Source: Planctomycetota bacterium
GTDB taxonomy: Bacteria > Planctomycetota > UBA8108 > SXIK01
Direction of reading: 5' to 3'
DNA length: 64,000 bases
Assembly: GCA_965223845.1 (NCBI GenBank)
Contig: CBDCXR010000004.1
Location: 3,136,001-3,200,000, forward strand
Positions within the stretch are counted from its first letter, which is position 1; every line of letters starts with the position of its first letter. The notes beneath the pieces are model-generated. The model saw only the letters and a program-made list of their open reading frames with translations, made no database searches and had not been told where the DNA came from. Of the stretch, positions 47,740 through 56,396 are shown in pieces. Made by a program: the position numbers and the translations under genes.

Positions 47740-49317
47740 ATGAGAATAACGACCTTCTTAGCCGTTTTCGCCGCGACCCTAGGCGGCGCGCCCGTCTCCG
47801 CTCAGACCGAACGCGGTCCGGATGCCGCCGGCAGTCGACCGAACATCGTCTTCATGCTCTCCGACGACATGGGCTGGGCGCAGCCGGGATTCAACGGCGG
47901 AAACAAAGAGCTGACGCCGAACATCGATCGACTCGCGACCGAAGGACTGCGTCTCACTCAGTTCTACACCCACTCGGTGTGCGCGCCGACGCGCGGGGCG
48001 TTTCTCACCGGGCGCTACGCGTTCCGCAACTGGATGGACTGGCGCTCCGAGGACTTCGGAAAGCCGAGCTATCTGAACGCACTCGGTCTCACGCTCGCGA
48101 TCAACGACGACGGCGTCCCCACGCGGCGCATCCACGCGCTCGACACGAGCGAGCGCACGATCGCCGAGGCGCTGAGCGAAGCCGGATACTTCACCGCGAT
48201 CGTCGGGAAGTGGCACTGCGGCGAGTGGCTCCCGGAGCACCTCCCGATGGCGCAGGGCTTTCAACACCAGTACGGCCACTACGCCTGGGGGATCGACTAC
48301 TACAACTTCACGATTCCCCACAACGCCCCGGCGCGGTTTGCCGTCTACGATTGGCATCGGAACCAGAAACCGCTCCAGGAAGACGGATACGCGACGGATC
48401 TTTTCGCCGCCGAAGCGGAACGGGTGATCGCGCGACAATCGAAGGAGCGCCCCTTCTTCCTCTACGTACCCTTCAACGCGGTTCACGGCCCGATCAACAA
48501 GGTGCCGCGCTACACGGACAAGTACGACGCGCGGAGCGCCGCGCTCAAGTGCCTCGACGATGCCGTCGGACGGATCCTCGGCGCGATCGACGAGCACGGC
48601 TTCCGCGACTCGACGCTCGTCGTCTTTACGAACGACAACGGCGGTCTCTTCGAGGAGATGAGCCGGCCCTACCGCGGGACGAAGAACACCACCTTCGAAG
48701 GCGGCGTGCGCGTCCCCTGCATCCTCCGGTGGCCCGGCCGCACGAAGCCCGGAAGCGTAAACGACGGGATGATGTTCATTGCGGACTTCTTCTCGACGTT
48801 GATTACGCTCGCCGGCGGCAAGCACGAACAGAAGCTCCCGGTCGACGCGCTCGACATGACGGGGCTGCTCTTTGGCGGGAAGGCGACGCCGCGCACGGAG
48901 ATCGTCTTCGAAGTCGCGGGAAGCGTCCGCCTCCCGACGATCCGGAGCGGCGACTACAAGCTCATGGGCGACATGCTCTTCAACGTGAGAGAGGATCCCA
49001 GCGAGCGAACCGACCTCGCCGCGCAGAGACCCGATGTCGTGAAGCGACTCCGCGCGCGTCTCGACGCCGTGGGAAAGGAGCGCCCGCCGCTCGGGGACAA
49101 GCCGCTCCTCATGGACCCGCCACTCCCCTACATCTACGGGCTCGAGGAGAACAAGAACGTGCCCGCGTGGCTGAAAACCGCGGTCGAAAAGGTCCGCGCG
49201 ACTCAGCCTAAGTCATGGCCGCCCGGAGAAACGCCGTGGCCCCAGGCCCCGAAGGGGGCGTTCGCATCGAAGCAGCCGAAGTCCGAGCTGCCTCCCGATC
49301 GCGGAAAGAGCGAGTAG
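47740..49317 (+). CDS. Arylsulfatase (Cys-type)
   Basis: RPNIVFMLSDDMG, CAPTRGAFLTGRY, GKWH, NDNGG, EGGVRVP; start ATG 47740 with signal peptide. Confidence 0.92.
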   Translation: MRITTFLAVFAATLGGAPVSAQTERGPDAAGSRPNIVFMLSDDMGWAQPGFNGGNKELTPNIDRLATEGLRLTQFYTHSVCAPTRGAFLTGRYAFRNWMDWRSEDFGKPSYLNALGLTLAINDDGVPTRRIHALDTSERTIAEALSEAGYFTAIVGKWHCGEWLPEHLPMAQGFQHQYGHYAWGIDYYNFTIPHNAPARFAVYDWHRNQKPLQEDGYATDLFAAEAERVIARQSKERPFFLYVPFNAVHGPINKVPRYTDKYDARSAALKCLDDAVGRILGAIDEHGFRDSTLVVFTNDNGGLFEEMSRPYRGTKNTTFEGGVRVPCILRWPGRTKPGSVNDGMMFIADFFSTLITLAGGKHEQKLPVDALDMTGLLFGGKATPRTEIVFEVAGSVRLPTIRSGDYKLMGDMLFNVREDPSERTDLAAQRPDVVKRLRARLDAVGKERPPLGDKPLLMDPPLPYIYGLEENKNVPAWLKTAVEKVRATQPKSWPPGETPWPQAPKGAFASKQPKSELPPDRGKSE

Positions 49318-49359
49318 CCGCGGAGTCGCGCCAGATTCGAGGATCGAATCGATCCGCTC

Positions 49360-49398
49360 GCTTCCTCTCCCTTTACGCTCTCTTCGTGCGAAGCTCTT
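49360..49398 (-). repeat. Degenerate solo arm of the CACGAAG repeat family
   Basis: Minus strand TTCGCACGAAGAGAGCGTAAAGGGAGAGG resembles TTCACACGAAGAGCGCGAAGG; lies between convergent sulfatase genes. Confidence 0.4.
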
Positions 49399-49416
49399 CT
49401 CTCAAGGACGAAATCA

Positions 49417-50976
49417 CTAGCTACCGAAGCGCGGCGCCGAATGCCCCTGCTCCCGAATCCGTTCGAGGAGCGCGCGCATTTCCGCAACTCGCTTCGGATG
49501 TTCGGCGGCCACGTTCTTCCGCTGCGCGATGTCCTCGGCGAGGTTGTAGAGCTCAACCGGCGCGTCGTCATCGGGTGCGTACTCCCGTTTCGCCTCCCAC
49601 GCCTTGTCGCGCGCGGACACGTAACCGTTCTTCGCGAGGATCAAGAGCCAGTCGCCGCTTCGCACCGCGAAGTTCTTATTGTGCGCGCAGTGGATGTAGT
49701 TCGTCCTCGCGCCTTTTTCCTCGCCCTTCAAGATCGAGAGAACGCTGTGCGAATCCTCGGCCGCGTCTCGCGGGAGCTCGAAGCCGAGCACCTCGGCGAA
49801 TGTCGCCATGAGATCGATCTGCGAGACGAGCGCGCTCGAGGTCGAACCGGGCTTGACGACGCCCGGCCACCTGACGATGAAGGGGACGTGATGCCCGCCC
49901 TCGTAGAGATCGCGCTTCAGCCCGCGAAACGGAGCGGCCGACCAATGGTCGAAGTTCCTGTCACGCGGGTAGGCGTACCGCTCGGGACCGTTGTCGGCCG
50001 TGAAGACGACGATCGTGTTCTTCGCCTGGCCGGTCTCCTCAAGCGCGTCGAGGATCCGGCCCGAGGCGTGGTCGGTTTCGTAGACGAAGTCACCGTAAGC
50101 CCCCGCCTTCGACTTTCCGTCGAACTCGTCGTTGGGGATGATCGGTGCGTGCGGTGAGGGAAAAGCGAAGTAGAGAAAGAACGGACTCTTCGTATCTTTC
50201 TGCGCTCGAATGTACTCGACCGCGCGCTTCGTCGTTGTCGGGATGTTCTCGTAGGGATCCCAATCCGAGATCATCGGCCCGGGGCGACACTCCCAGTTTC
50301 CCTCCTTGATCTTCTTCCACTTCGAAGTGTCCATGAGCGTGTCCGGCGCCTTCACCACGCGGTCGTTCTCGATCCAACAGTAGGGCGGAAAGTTGATCAC
50401 GGTGTCGCCAAAGTAGTGGTCGAAGCCGTGCGCGAGCGGGCCGTCGGGGATCGACTTCGACCAATCGAACGCCTCGGGGCCGAACGATCGGCGCCGTCCC
50501 TTCGAAATCGGCTTCGCGTCGGGCTTCTTGATCGCGTCCCAGTTCCACCCGAGGTGCCACTTCCCGATCGCAGCGGTCGCATAGCCGCGCTCCTTCAGCA
50601 TTTCGGGAAGCGTGAGGCGCTCGGGAGCGAACACCGACTTTCCGAAGACACCGACGATTCCGTGAAAGTCGCGCCAGTGGTGGCGCCCGGTGAGGAGCGC
50701 GTAGCGACTCGGGCTACAGATGCTCGCCGACGAGTGACCGTCGGTGAAGCGCAGCCCTTCGCTCGCGAGTCGATCGATGCGAGGAGTCGAAATCTTCGAC
50801 TTCGGATTCTGGCTGCTCAGATCGCCGTAGCCGAGGTCGTCGGCGTAGAGGATGAGGATATTGGGGGGAGTTCGGTTCCCCGGTCGAGGCTCCTCGACGG
50901 CGCTGACTTTCGTCTCCGCGAAGACGACACCCGAGAGGACGACGAGAAAGAGGTAACTCGATGGGAGCATTCGCAT
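49417..50976 (-). CDS. Arylsulfatase (Cys-type)
   Basis: [45 protein letters not shown]. Confidence 0.93.
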   Translation of the reverse strand: MRMLPSSYLFLVVLSGVVFAETKVSAVEEPRPGNRTPPNILILYADDLGYGDLSSQNPKSKISTPRIDRLASEGLRFTDGHSSASICSPSRYALLTGRHHWRDFHGIVGVFGKSVFAPERLTLPEMLKERGYATAAIGKWHLGWNWDAIKKPDAKPISKGRRRSFGPEAFDWSKSIPDGPLAHGFDHYFGDTVINFPPYCWIENDRVVKAPDTLMDTSKWKKIKEGNWECRPGPMISDWDPYENIPTTTKRAVEYIRAQKDTKSPFFLYFAFPSPHAPIIPNDEFDGKSKAGAYGDFVYETDHASGRILDALEETGQAKNTIVVFTADNGPERYAYPRDRNFDHWSAAPFRGLKRDLYEGGHHVPFIVRWPGVVKPGSTSSALVSQIDLMATFAEVLGFELPRDAAEDSHSVLSILKGEEKGARTNYIHCAHNKNFAVRSGDWLLILAKNGYVSARDKAWEAKREYAPDDDAPVELYNLAEDIAQRKNVAAEHPKRVAEMRALLERIREQGHSAPRFGS

Positions 50977-51041
50977 CGCTATGTCTTCCTGCAGTGCAAA
51001 GTGAGTCGAGAGCTCGACCTGCGTTTCGAACGATCGGAAAG

Positions 51042-51587
51042 TTACGAATCGGCGGACGGGCCCCGCTGAGCTGCAGCACGAATGTCCCGTTCGCGAATTC
51101 GCCCGCTTCGCCCCGTCCCTTCGACCTGTAGCCAGTCGACGCCGAGCGAACGCGCGAGGCGCGCGGCGCGAGGCGTCATCGTCGGCCCCGATTCGCTCTC
51201 GCCGAGGCGCAGCTCCTCGGCAGGGGCGTCCGAGTCCGGTTCCGGTCTCGAGTTCGGTGGAGCGCCGTCCGCCGCTCGAGTTTCGCTCGCCACGAGGAGC
51301 GAAGACGCGTCCTCGAGCTCCTCCGGCATATCCTCGCCCTCGGCGACGATGAAGCCGAGCACCTGCCCCACGCGGACGGAATCTCCTTCGCGCGGAGCGG
51401 CGTCAGGGACGCGAAGAATGCCGCCGTCGAGACTCTCGACTTCGGCCGTCGCCTTCTCGTTTTCGACGAGGAAGAGCGGATCACCGGGATGAACGCGTTC
51501 GCCGTCGCGTTTCAGCCATCCGGCGAAGACGCCTTCGTCCATGCTCCAGCCGAGACGGGGAACGACGATGCGCTGGGCCACGGTCAC
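51042..51587 (-). CDS. Stand-alone lipoyl domain + peripheral subunit-binding domain protein (E2-like, no acyltransferase domain)
   Basis: [10 protein letters not shown]...[12 protein letters not shown] (lipoyl Lys), acidic linker, TPRAARLA...[13 protein letters not shown], then a stop; overlaps the E1 stop codon. Confidence 0.85.
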   Translation of the reverse strand: MTVAQRIVVPRLGWSMDEGVFAGWLKRDGERVHPGDPLFLVENEKATAEVESLDGGILRVPDAAPREGDSVRVGQVLGFIVAEGEDMPEELEDASSLLVASETRAADGAPPNSRPEPDSDAPAEELRLGESESGPTMTPRAARLARSLGVDWLQVEGTGRSGRIRERDIRAAAQRGPSADS

Positions 51588-53587
51588 TCCTCCATCAATC
51601 GTTCGATCGCAGCGACGATCGCGGGGACGTCCGGTACGACCGCCGCCTCGAGCTCAGGACTGTACGGCGTCGGCGCCTGTGCGCCGTTCAGCCGGTGAAT
51701 CGGCGCGTCGAGATGGTCGAATCCTTCCGCGACGAGCCGCGCGGCGATCTCCGCCCCCACACCGAACGGCGCAAAGGCCTCGTCGACGACGAGAATCCGC
51801 CCTGTCTTCTCGAGCGACGCGAGGATCGTCGTCGTGTCGAGCGGCGCCACGCACCGCGGATCGATCACTTCGACATCGATCCTCCGCTCCGCGAGTTGCC
51901 GCGCGGCATCGAGTGCGAGATGCGCCATTCGCGCGAGTGCGACGACGGTGAGATCGCGCCCAGCACGAAGGACACGTGCGCGGCCGAATTCGATCTCGTA
52001 GTCCTCCTCGGGCACCGGTCCCTTGCTCACGAGGATTTCGCGGTGCTCGAGAAAGATCACCGGATCGTCCGACCGGAGCGCTCGGAGAAAGAGCCCCTTC
52101 GCGTCGTACGGCGTCGATGGGACGACGACCCGAAGACCGGGAACGTGGGCGAAAAGCGAGTAATAGCTTCCGGAGTGATGCGTCGCCGCCGAGTGCCCGA
52201 TTCCGATCGCACCGCGAAGGAGGATCGGCATCGCGAGCCGTCCGCTCGACATGTACTGGATCTTCGCGGCCTGCTGGAGGAGCTCGCCGACGGCGTCGAG
52301 GACGAAATCCGCGAACATGAAATCGATGACGGGTCGCGATCCCGTCATCGCCGCGCCGATCCCGAGCCCGACGAACCCGCGCTCCGAGATCGGCGTGTCG
52401 CGGAGCCGCTGCTCGCCGTACTTGTCGTAGAGTCCAAGCGTCGACGCGAAGTTCCCGCCGCGCTTTCCGATGCCCTCGCCGAGGACGAAGATCCGCGGAT
52501 CGCGCGCCATCTCGCGATCGAGCGCTTCGTGCGTCGCCTGCATGAATGTGAGCTCGCGGCCCGCCGCCGGAACCGCCGGGGGAGCGGCGGAGACGCGCGC
52601 CCCCGGCGCGAAGACGAACGTCGACGCCGCGCCCGCGTCCGGCCACGGACTCCCCTCCGCGAATGCGATCGCGCCGCGAACTTCTGCCTCGATCTCGGCG
52701 TCGATCGACTCGAGAGCAGAGTTCGCCGCTTCGTCCTCCGCCGCGATGGCACTCCTCAGTCGCTCGATCGGATCGCGCGCCCTCCAGGCAGCGACCTCCT
52801 CGCGCGTTCGGTAACCGTAGTCAGCCATTCCCTCAGCGTGGGGACGGGTCCGATAGGTCTTACACTCGACGAGCGTCGGCCCCTCGCCCGCTCGAGCACG
52901 CCGCACAGCTTCCGCTGTCGCGCTCGACACCGCGAGGACATCGTTCCCATCCACCTCGACGCCCGGCAGACCGTACACTTCACCGCGCGCCGCGACGCTC
53001 GGATTCCCGCTCGCGTAGGAGAACGGAACTTCGGTGGCGTACTCGTTGTTCTCGCACACGAACACGACCGGAAGCGACCAGATGCTCGCGAGGTTGAGCC
53101 CCTCGTGAAACGCGCCGTTGTTCACCGCGCCGTCACCGAAGAACGCGACTCCGACTCCGCCCGTCTCGAGTAGCTGAAAGGTGTAGCCCGCGCCCGCCGC
53201 TTGCAGAATCGAGGGCCCGACGATCCCGCTCGTCCCCATGAGTCCGACGCTCGGCGCGAAGAGGTGCATGCTGCCTCCGCGCCCGGCTGAGATGCCCGTT
53301 GCCCGTCCGAACAACTCGGCGATGAGCTCAGCCGGGCTGACGCCGAGCGCGAGCGCGTGCCCGTGGCCGCGGTGCGTGCTGAACACGGCGTCCGCCCCGC
53401 CCAGGTGCGCACAGACTCCGGCCGCAACCGCTTCTTGACCGATGTAGGTGTGGCACGCGCCGTGAACGAGCCCCGCTCGATGTGCGCGCACGAGTGCCTC
53501 CTCGGTCTTTCGAATGCGAAGCATGCACCGAAAGAGCTCGGAGAGATCGATCGCCGGTTCGGGTCGGGTGGTGATGGGATCGCTCAC
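51584..53587 (-). CDS. Fused E1 alpha-beta ThDP-dependent 2-oxoacid/acetoin dehydrogenase
   Basis: HTYIGQEA, STHRGHGH, GRGGSMH, ThDP motif GDGA...ENN, then beta part DTPISERGF, HHS, DVEVIDPR. Confidence 0.93.
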   Translation of the reverse strand: MSDPITTRPEPAIDLSELFRCMLRIRKTEEALVRAHRAGLVHGACHTYIGQEAVAAGVCAHLGGADAVFSTHRGHGHALALGVSPAELIAELFGRATGISAGRGGSMHLFAPSVGLMGTSGIVGPSILQAAGAGYTFQLLETGGVGVAFFGDGAVNNGAFHEGLNLASIWSLPVVFVCENNEYATEVPFSYASGNPSVAARGEVYGLPGVEVDGNDVLAVSSATAEAVRRARAGEGPTLVECKTYRTRPHAEGMADYGYRTREEVAAWRARDPIERLRSAIAAEDEAANSALESIDAEIEAEVRGAIAFAEGSPWPDAGAASTFVFAPGARVSAAPPAVPAAGRELTFMQATHEALDREMARDPRIFVLGEGIGKRGGNFASTLGLYDKYGEQRLRDTPISERGFVGLGIGAAMTGSRPVIDFMFADFVLDAVGELLQQAAKIQYMSSGRLAMPILLRGAIGIGHSAATHHSGSYYSLFAHVPGLRVVVPSTPYDAKGLFLRALRSDDPVIFLEHREILVSKGPVPEEDYEIEFGRARVLRAGRDLTVVALARMAHLALDAARQLAERRIDVEVIDPRCVAPLDTTTILASLEKTGRILVVDEAFAPFGVGAEIAARLVAEGFDHLDAPIHRLNGAQAPTPYSPELEAAVVPDVPAIVAAIERLMEE

Positions 53588-53731
53588 ATGCGGACGCGCT
53601 TCGACGGGCGCAATTCATTCGCGAGCGCTCGGAGCCGCCGCGAGGGTGAATTTCGCAAAAGTGGCATCGTAAGATAGCCGCCCCAGCGCGTCCACGGCGC
53701 CCGCAGAGAATCACCTCACGGGAGTTTCCAC

Positions 53732-55390
53732 GTGAACGACGAATCGTCGACCGGAGAACAGCGCGGAGCTTCCGCTCCGGGCGACGCGTATCGACCGCGG
53801 ACCTGCCTCCCGGAGTGGGGCGTCGACGAACTCCCCGAACCGAAGCCGCTTCGCTGGCGGAATTGGACCGCGTTCGTCGGGCCGGGGATCATCATGATGG
53901 GCGCACAGATCGCGGGTGGGGAGTGGCTCATGGGGCCGGAGGTCACTGCTCGCTACGGCGGGAGCATGATGTGGATCGCGACTCTCGCGATCTTCGCGCA
54001 AGTCTTCTACAACCTCGAATGCGGCCGCTACGCGCTCTACTCGGGCGAACCGATCTTCACTGCGTTCATGCGGACGAGGCCGGGCCCTCTCTTTTGGAGC
54101 TCGGCGTTCATCCTCCTCAGTCTCGGTGCGATCATCCCCGGAATGGCGTACCACGCGGCGGCCGTTCTCGCGTCGTTCTTCCTCGATCGCGCGCCGGACG
54201 AAGCCGACCGCGGATTCGTCCTCGGGCTAGGCTACGTTTGCCTCACTCTGTCCGTCGTCCCCGTCTTCTTCGGCGGCAAGATCTACAACATGATTCAGAC
54301 GGTGATGGCCGTGAAGGTCATCGTGGTTCTCGTGTTTTGCGGGATCGCCGGCGCGCTCCTCGTGAGCTGGGGGAGTTGGGCGAGCGTCTTCGGAGGTTTC
54401 TTCGCGTTTGGGTCCGTGCCCGTGAACGATCCGGAAACGGGAGGCGAGACGGTCGTGAACGCGTTTTCGTACCGGCTCGAACACGGCGTCTGGCCGATTG
54501 TGTCGATGGCGAACATCGCAGTCCTCGGCGGGTTCGCGGGCTACGCGGGAGGAGGCGGTCTCGGAAACTCTCTCTATTCGAACTACGTGCGCGACAAGGG
54601 CTGGGGAATGGGAAGCCGCGTCGGCGCGATCCCGAGCGCGGTCGGTGGGAAAGAGATCAAGCTCAGCCACCTCGGAAAAGTGTTTCCCGTCACGGCGGAG
54701 AATCTTCGGCGCTGGCGCGGTTGGTGGCGCTACGTCCTCACCGACCAAATCCTGATCTGGGCGCCGGGGTGCTTCGTAGGCATGGCGCTTCCCGCACTTC
54801 TCTCGCTCGAGTTTGCGCCCCATTCGAGCCTCTACGATCAGCCCGAACGCTTCGGGTGGGCGCAGGCGATGATCACCGCCGACGGGATGCGGAGCGCGCC
54901 CGAGCTCTCGTCCGGCACCCGACAATTCCTCTGGCTCGCGATGCTCTTCGTCGGGTTCATGGTGCTCGTGCCGAGCCAGATGTCGGTCGTCGAAGACATC
55001 AGCCGGCGCTGGACGGACGTCATCTGGTCGTCGAACCGCCGCGTGCGCGAAGGGATGCGCCCCGGCCAAGTGAACCGCATTTACTACACGATCCTCGGCG
55101 TGTACGTCCTCTGGTGTATCTCGACGCTCTACTACTTCGGGACGCGCAGCACACCGAAGATCATGACGCTCATCATCGCGAATCTCGGCAATCTCGCGAT
55201 CGGCCTCACGGCGATTTTTCTTCTTTGGGTGAACATTCGTTATTTGCCGAAGGCGATTCGCCCCCGGCTCCACCACCGCCTGGGACTCCTTCTCTGTGCG
55301 GTCTTTTACCTCGGCCTCGCACTCCTCGTGTTCCTCCACAAGCAGGTGCCGATGATCCGCGAGCTGTTCGGAGGAGGTTCGGCGGGATGA
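53732..55390 (+). CDS. Nramp/APC-superfamily-like membrane transporter, substrate unknown
   Basis: About 11-12 hydrophobic segments; VGPGIIMMGAQIAGGEWLMGP, RYALYSGE, YSNYVRDKGWGM. Confidence 0.75.
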   Translation: MNDESSTGEQRGASAPGDAYRPRTCLPEWGVDELPEPKPLRWRNWTAFVGPGIIMMGAQIAGGEWLMGPEVTARYGGSMMWIATLAIFAQVFYNLECGRYALYSGEPIFTAFMRTRPGPLFWSSAFILLSLGAIIPGMAYHAAAVLASFFLDRAPDEADRGFVLGLGYVCLTLSVVPVFFGGKIYNMIQTVMAVKVIVVLVFCGIAGALLVSWGSWASVFGGFFAFGSVPVNDPETGGETVVNAFSYRLEHGVWPIVSMANIAVLGGFAGYAGGGGLGNSLYSNYVRDKGWGMGSRVGAIPSAVGGKEIKLSHLGKVFPVTAENLRRWRGWWRYVLTDQILIWAPGCFVGMALPALLSLEFAPHSSLYDQPERFGWAQAMITADGMRSAPELSSGTRQFLWLAMLFVGFMVLVPSQMSVVEDISRRWTDVIWSSNRRVREGMRPGQVNRIYYTILGVYVLWCISTLYYFGTRSTPKIMTLIIANLGNLAIGLTAIFLLWVNIRYLPKAIRPRLHHRLGLLLCAVFYLGLALLVFLHKQVPMIRELFGGGSAG

Positions 55391-56169
55391 AATGCGATCT
55401 CGATGGGCAGGTGAGCGTCGTCACCGGCGCTGCCGGAGGAATCGGCAGCGCGATCGGAAAGCGACTCGAGGCGAACGGCGCGATCGTCTACTACACGGAT
55501 CTCGATCTCGACGGTGCCGTCGAGCAGGCCGGAGGCCGTAGACTCGCTCACGCGCTGCGTCTCGATGTGACCGACGAATCGAGCGTTGAATCCGCGATCG
55601 ACGAAGTCGTCTCGCGCTCGGGGCAGCTCGACATTCTCGTCAACAATGCGGGCGTCAACACGCTCGCCCACCGCGTATCCATCGACGAGTTCCCGCCGGA
55701 CGAGTGGGATCGCATCGTCGACGTCGATCTCCGTGGTCTCTATCTCACGAGTCGCGCGGCGGCCCGCGTGATGCGCGGACAAGGATCGGGACGGATCGTC
55801 AACATCGCGTCGATCGCGGGTCTCGTCCCGCTTCGCCTTCAGTGCGCGTTCGTCGCGGCGAAAGCCGGCGTCGTGAATCTCACGAAGGCGATGGCGCTCG
55901 AGCTCGCGCCGGCCGGCATTCTCGTAAACGGCGTGGCGCCGGGGTCGACGCTAACCGAAGGGACGCGGAAGCTCTTCTACGGGGAGGACGGGCGATTCCG
56001 CGATTCAGTTCAGCGGATGCTCGATCATGTTCCGCTCGGGCGTCCGGGGACGACGGACGAGATTGCGGTGGCGGTTTTGTTTCTTGTGGATCCCGAGAAC
56101 AGTTATACGACCGGGTGTGTGGTTACGGTCGATGGGGGTTGGGTTTGTGGGTTTGCTCGTGATTTCTAG
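55387..56169 (+). CDS. Short-chain dehydrogenase/reductase with FxxxK in place of YxxxK
   Basis: ATG overlaps the transporter TGA; TGAAGGIG, LVNNAG, VNIAS, AFVAAK, VNGVAPG, VDGG. Confidence 0.9.
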   Translation: MKCDLDGQVSVVTGAAGGIGSAIGKRLEANGAIVYYTDLDLDGAVEQAGGRRLAHALRLDVTDESSVESAIDEVVSRSGQLDILVNNAGVNTLAHRVSIDEFPPDEWDRIVDVDLRGLYLTSRAAARVMRGQGSGRIVNIASIAGLVPLRLQCAFVAAKAGVVNLTKAMALELAPAGILVNGVAPGSTLTEGTRKLFYGEDGRFRDSVQRMLDHVPLGRPGTTDEIAVAVLFLVDPENSYTTGCVVTVDGGWVCGFARDF

Positions 56170-56203
56170 GCTAGGCTAGTGCGCATGGACTTCTCGAACG
56201 CGG

Positions 56204-56250
56204 GTTTTACACGAAGGGCACGAAGGGCCACAAAGGAAGAGGGGAGGATC
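56204..56250 (+). repeat. Solo arm of the CACGAAG repeat family
   Basis: GTTTTACACGAAGGGCACGAAGGGCCACAAAGGAAGAGGGGAGGA aligns with the arms at 31970 and 45749. Confidence 0.7.
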
Positions 56251-56396
56251 GGGTCCTCGTCTCGTCGAGTCGAGCTGACGTCTGGGTACGATAGCGGACT
56301 CGAGGTCACCGAGGCTTAGTGTGGAAGTTGAGGCGCGGGCCTCTGTGCCGTTCGCGCGTAGTGGAAAGAGTTTCGAAGACGGAGCAGAGGTTCGGG

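Noticed and set aside
46092-49211. 1039-aa + strand ORF
   Set aside because: Antisense to one sulfatase and out of frame with the next; Arg-rich with no motifs.
53815-55386. Apparent 784-aa fusion ending in the SDR
   Set aside because: The upstream part is an alternative frame of the transporter. The SDR has its own ATG overlapping the transporter stop, with GGAGG upstream.
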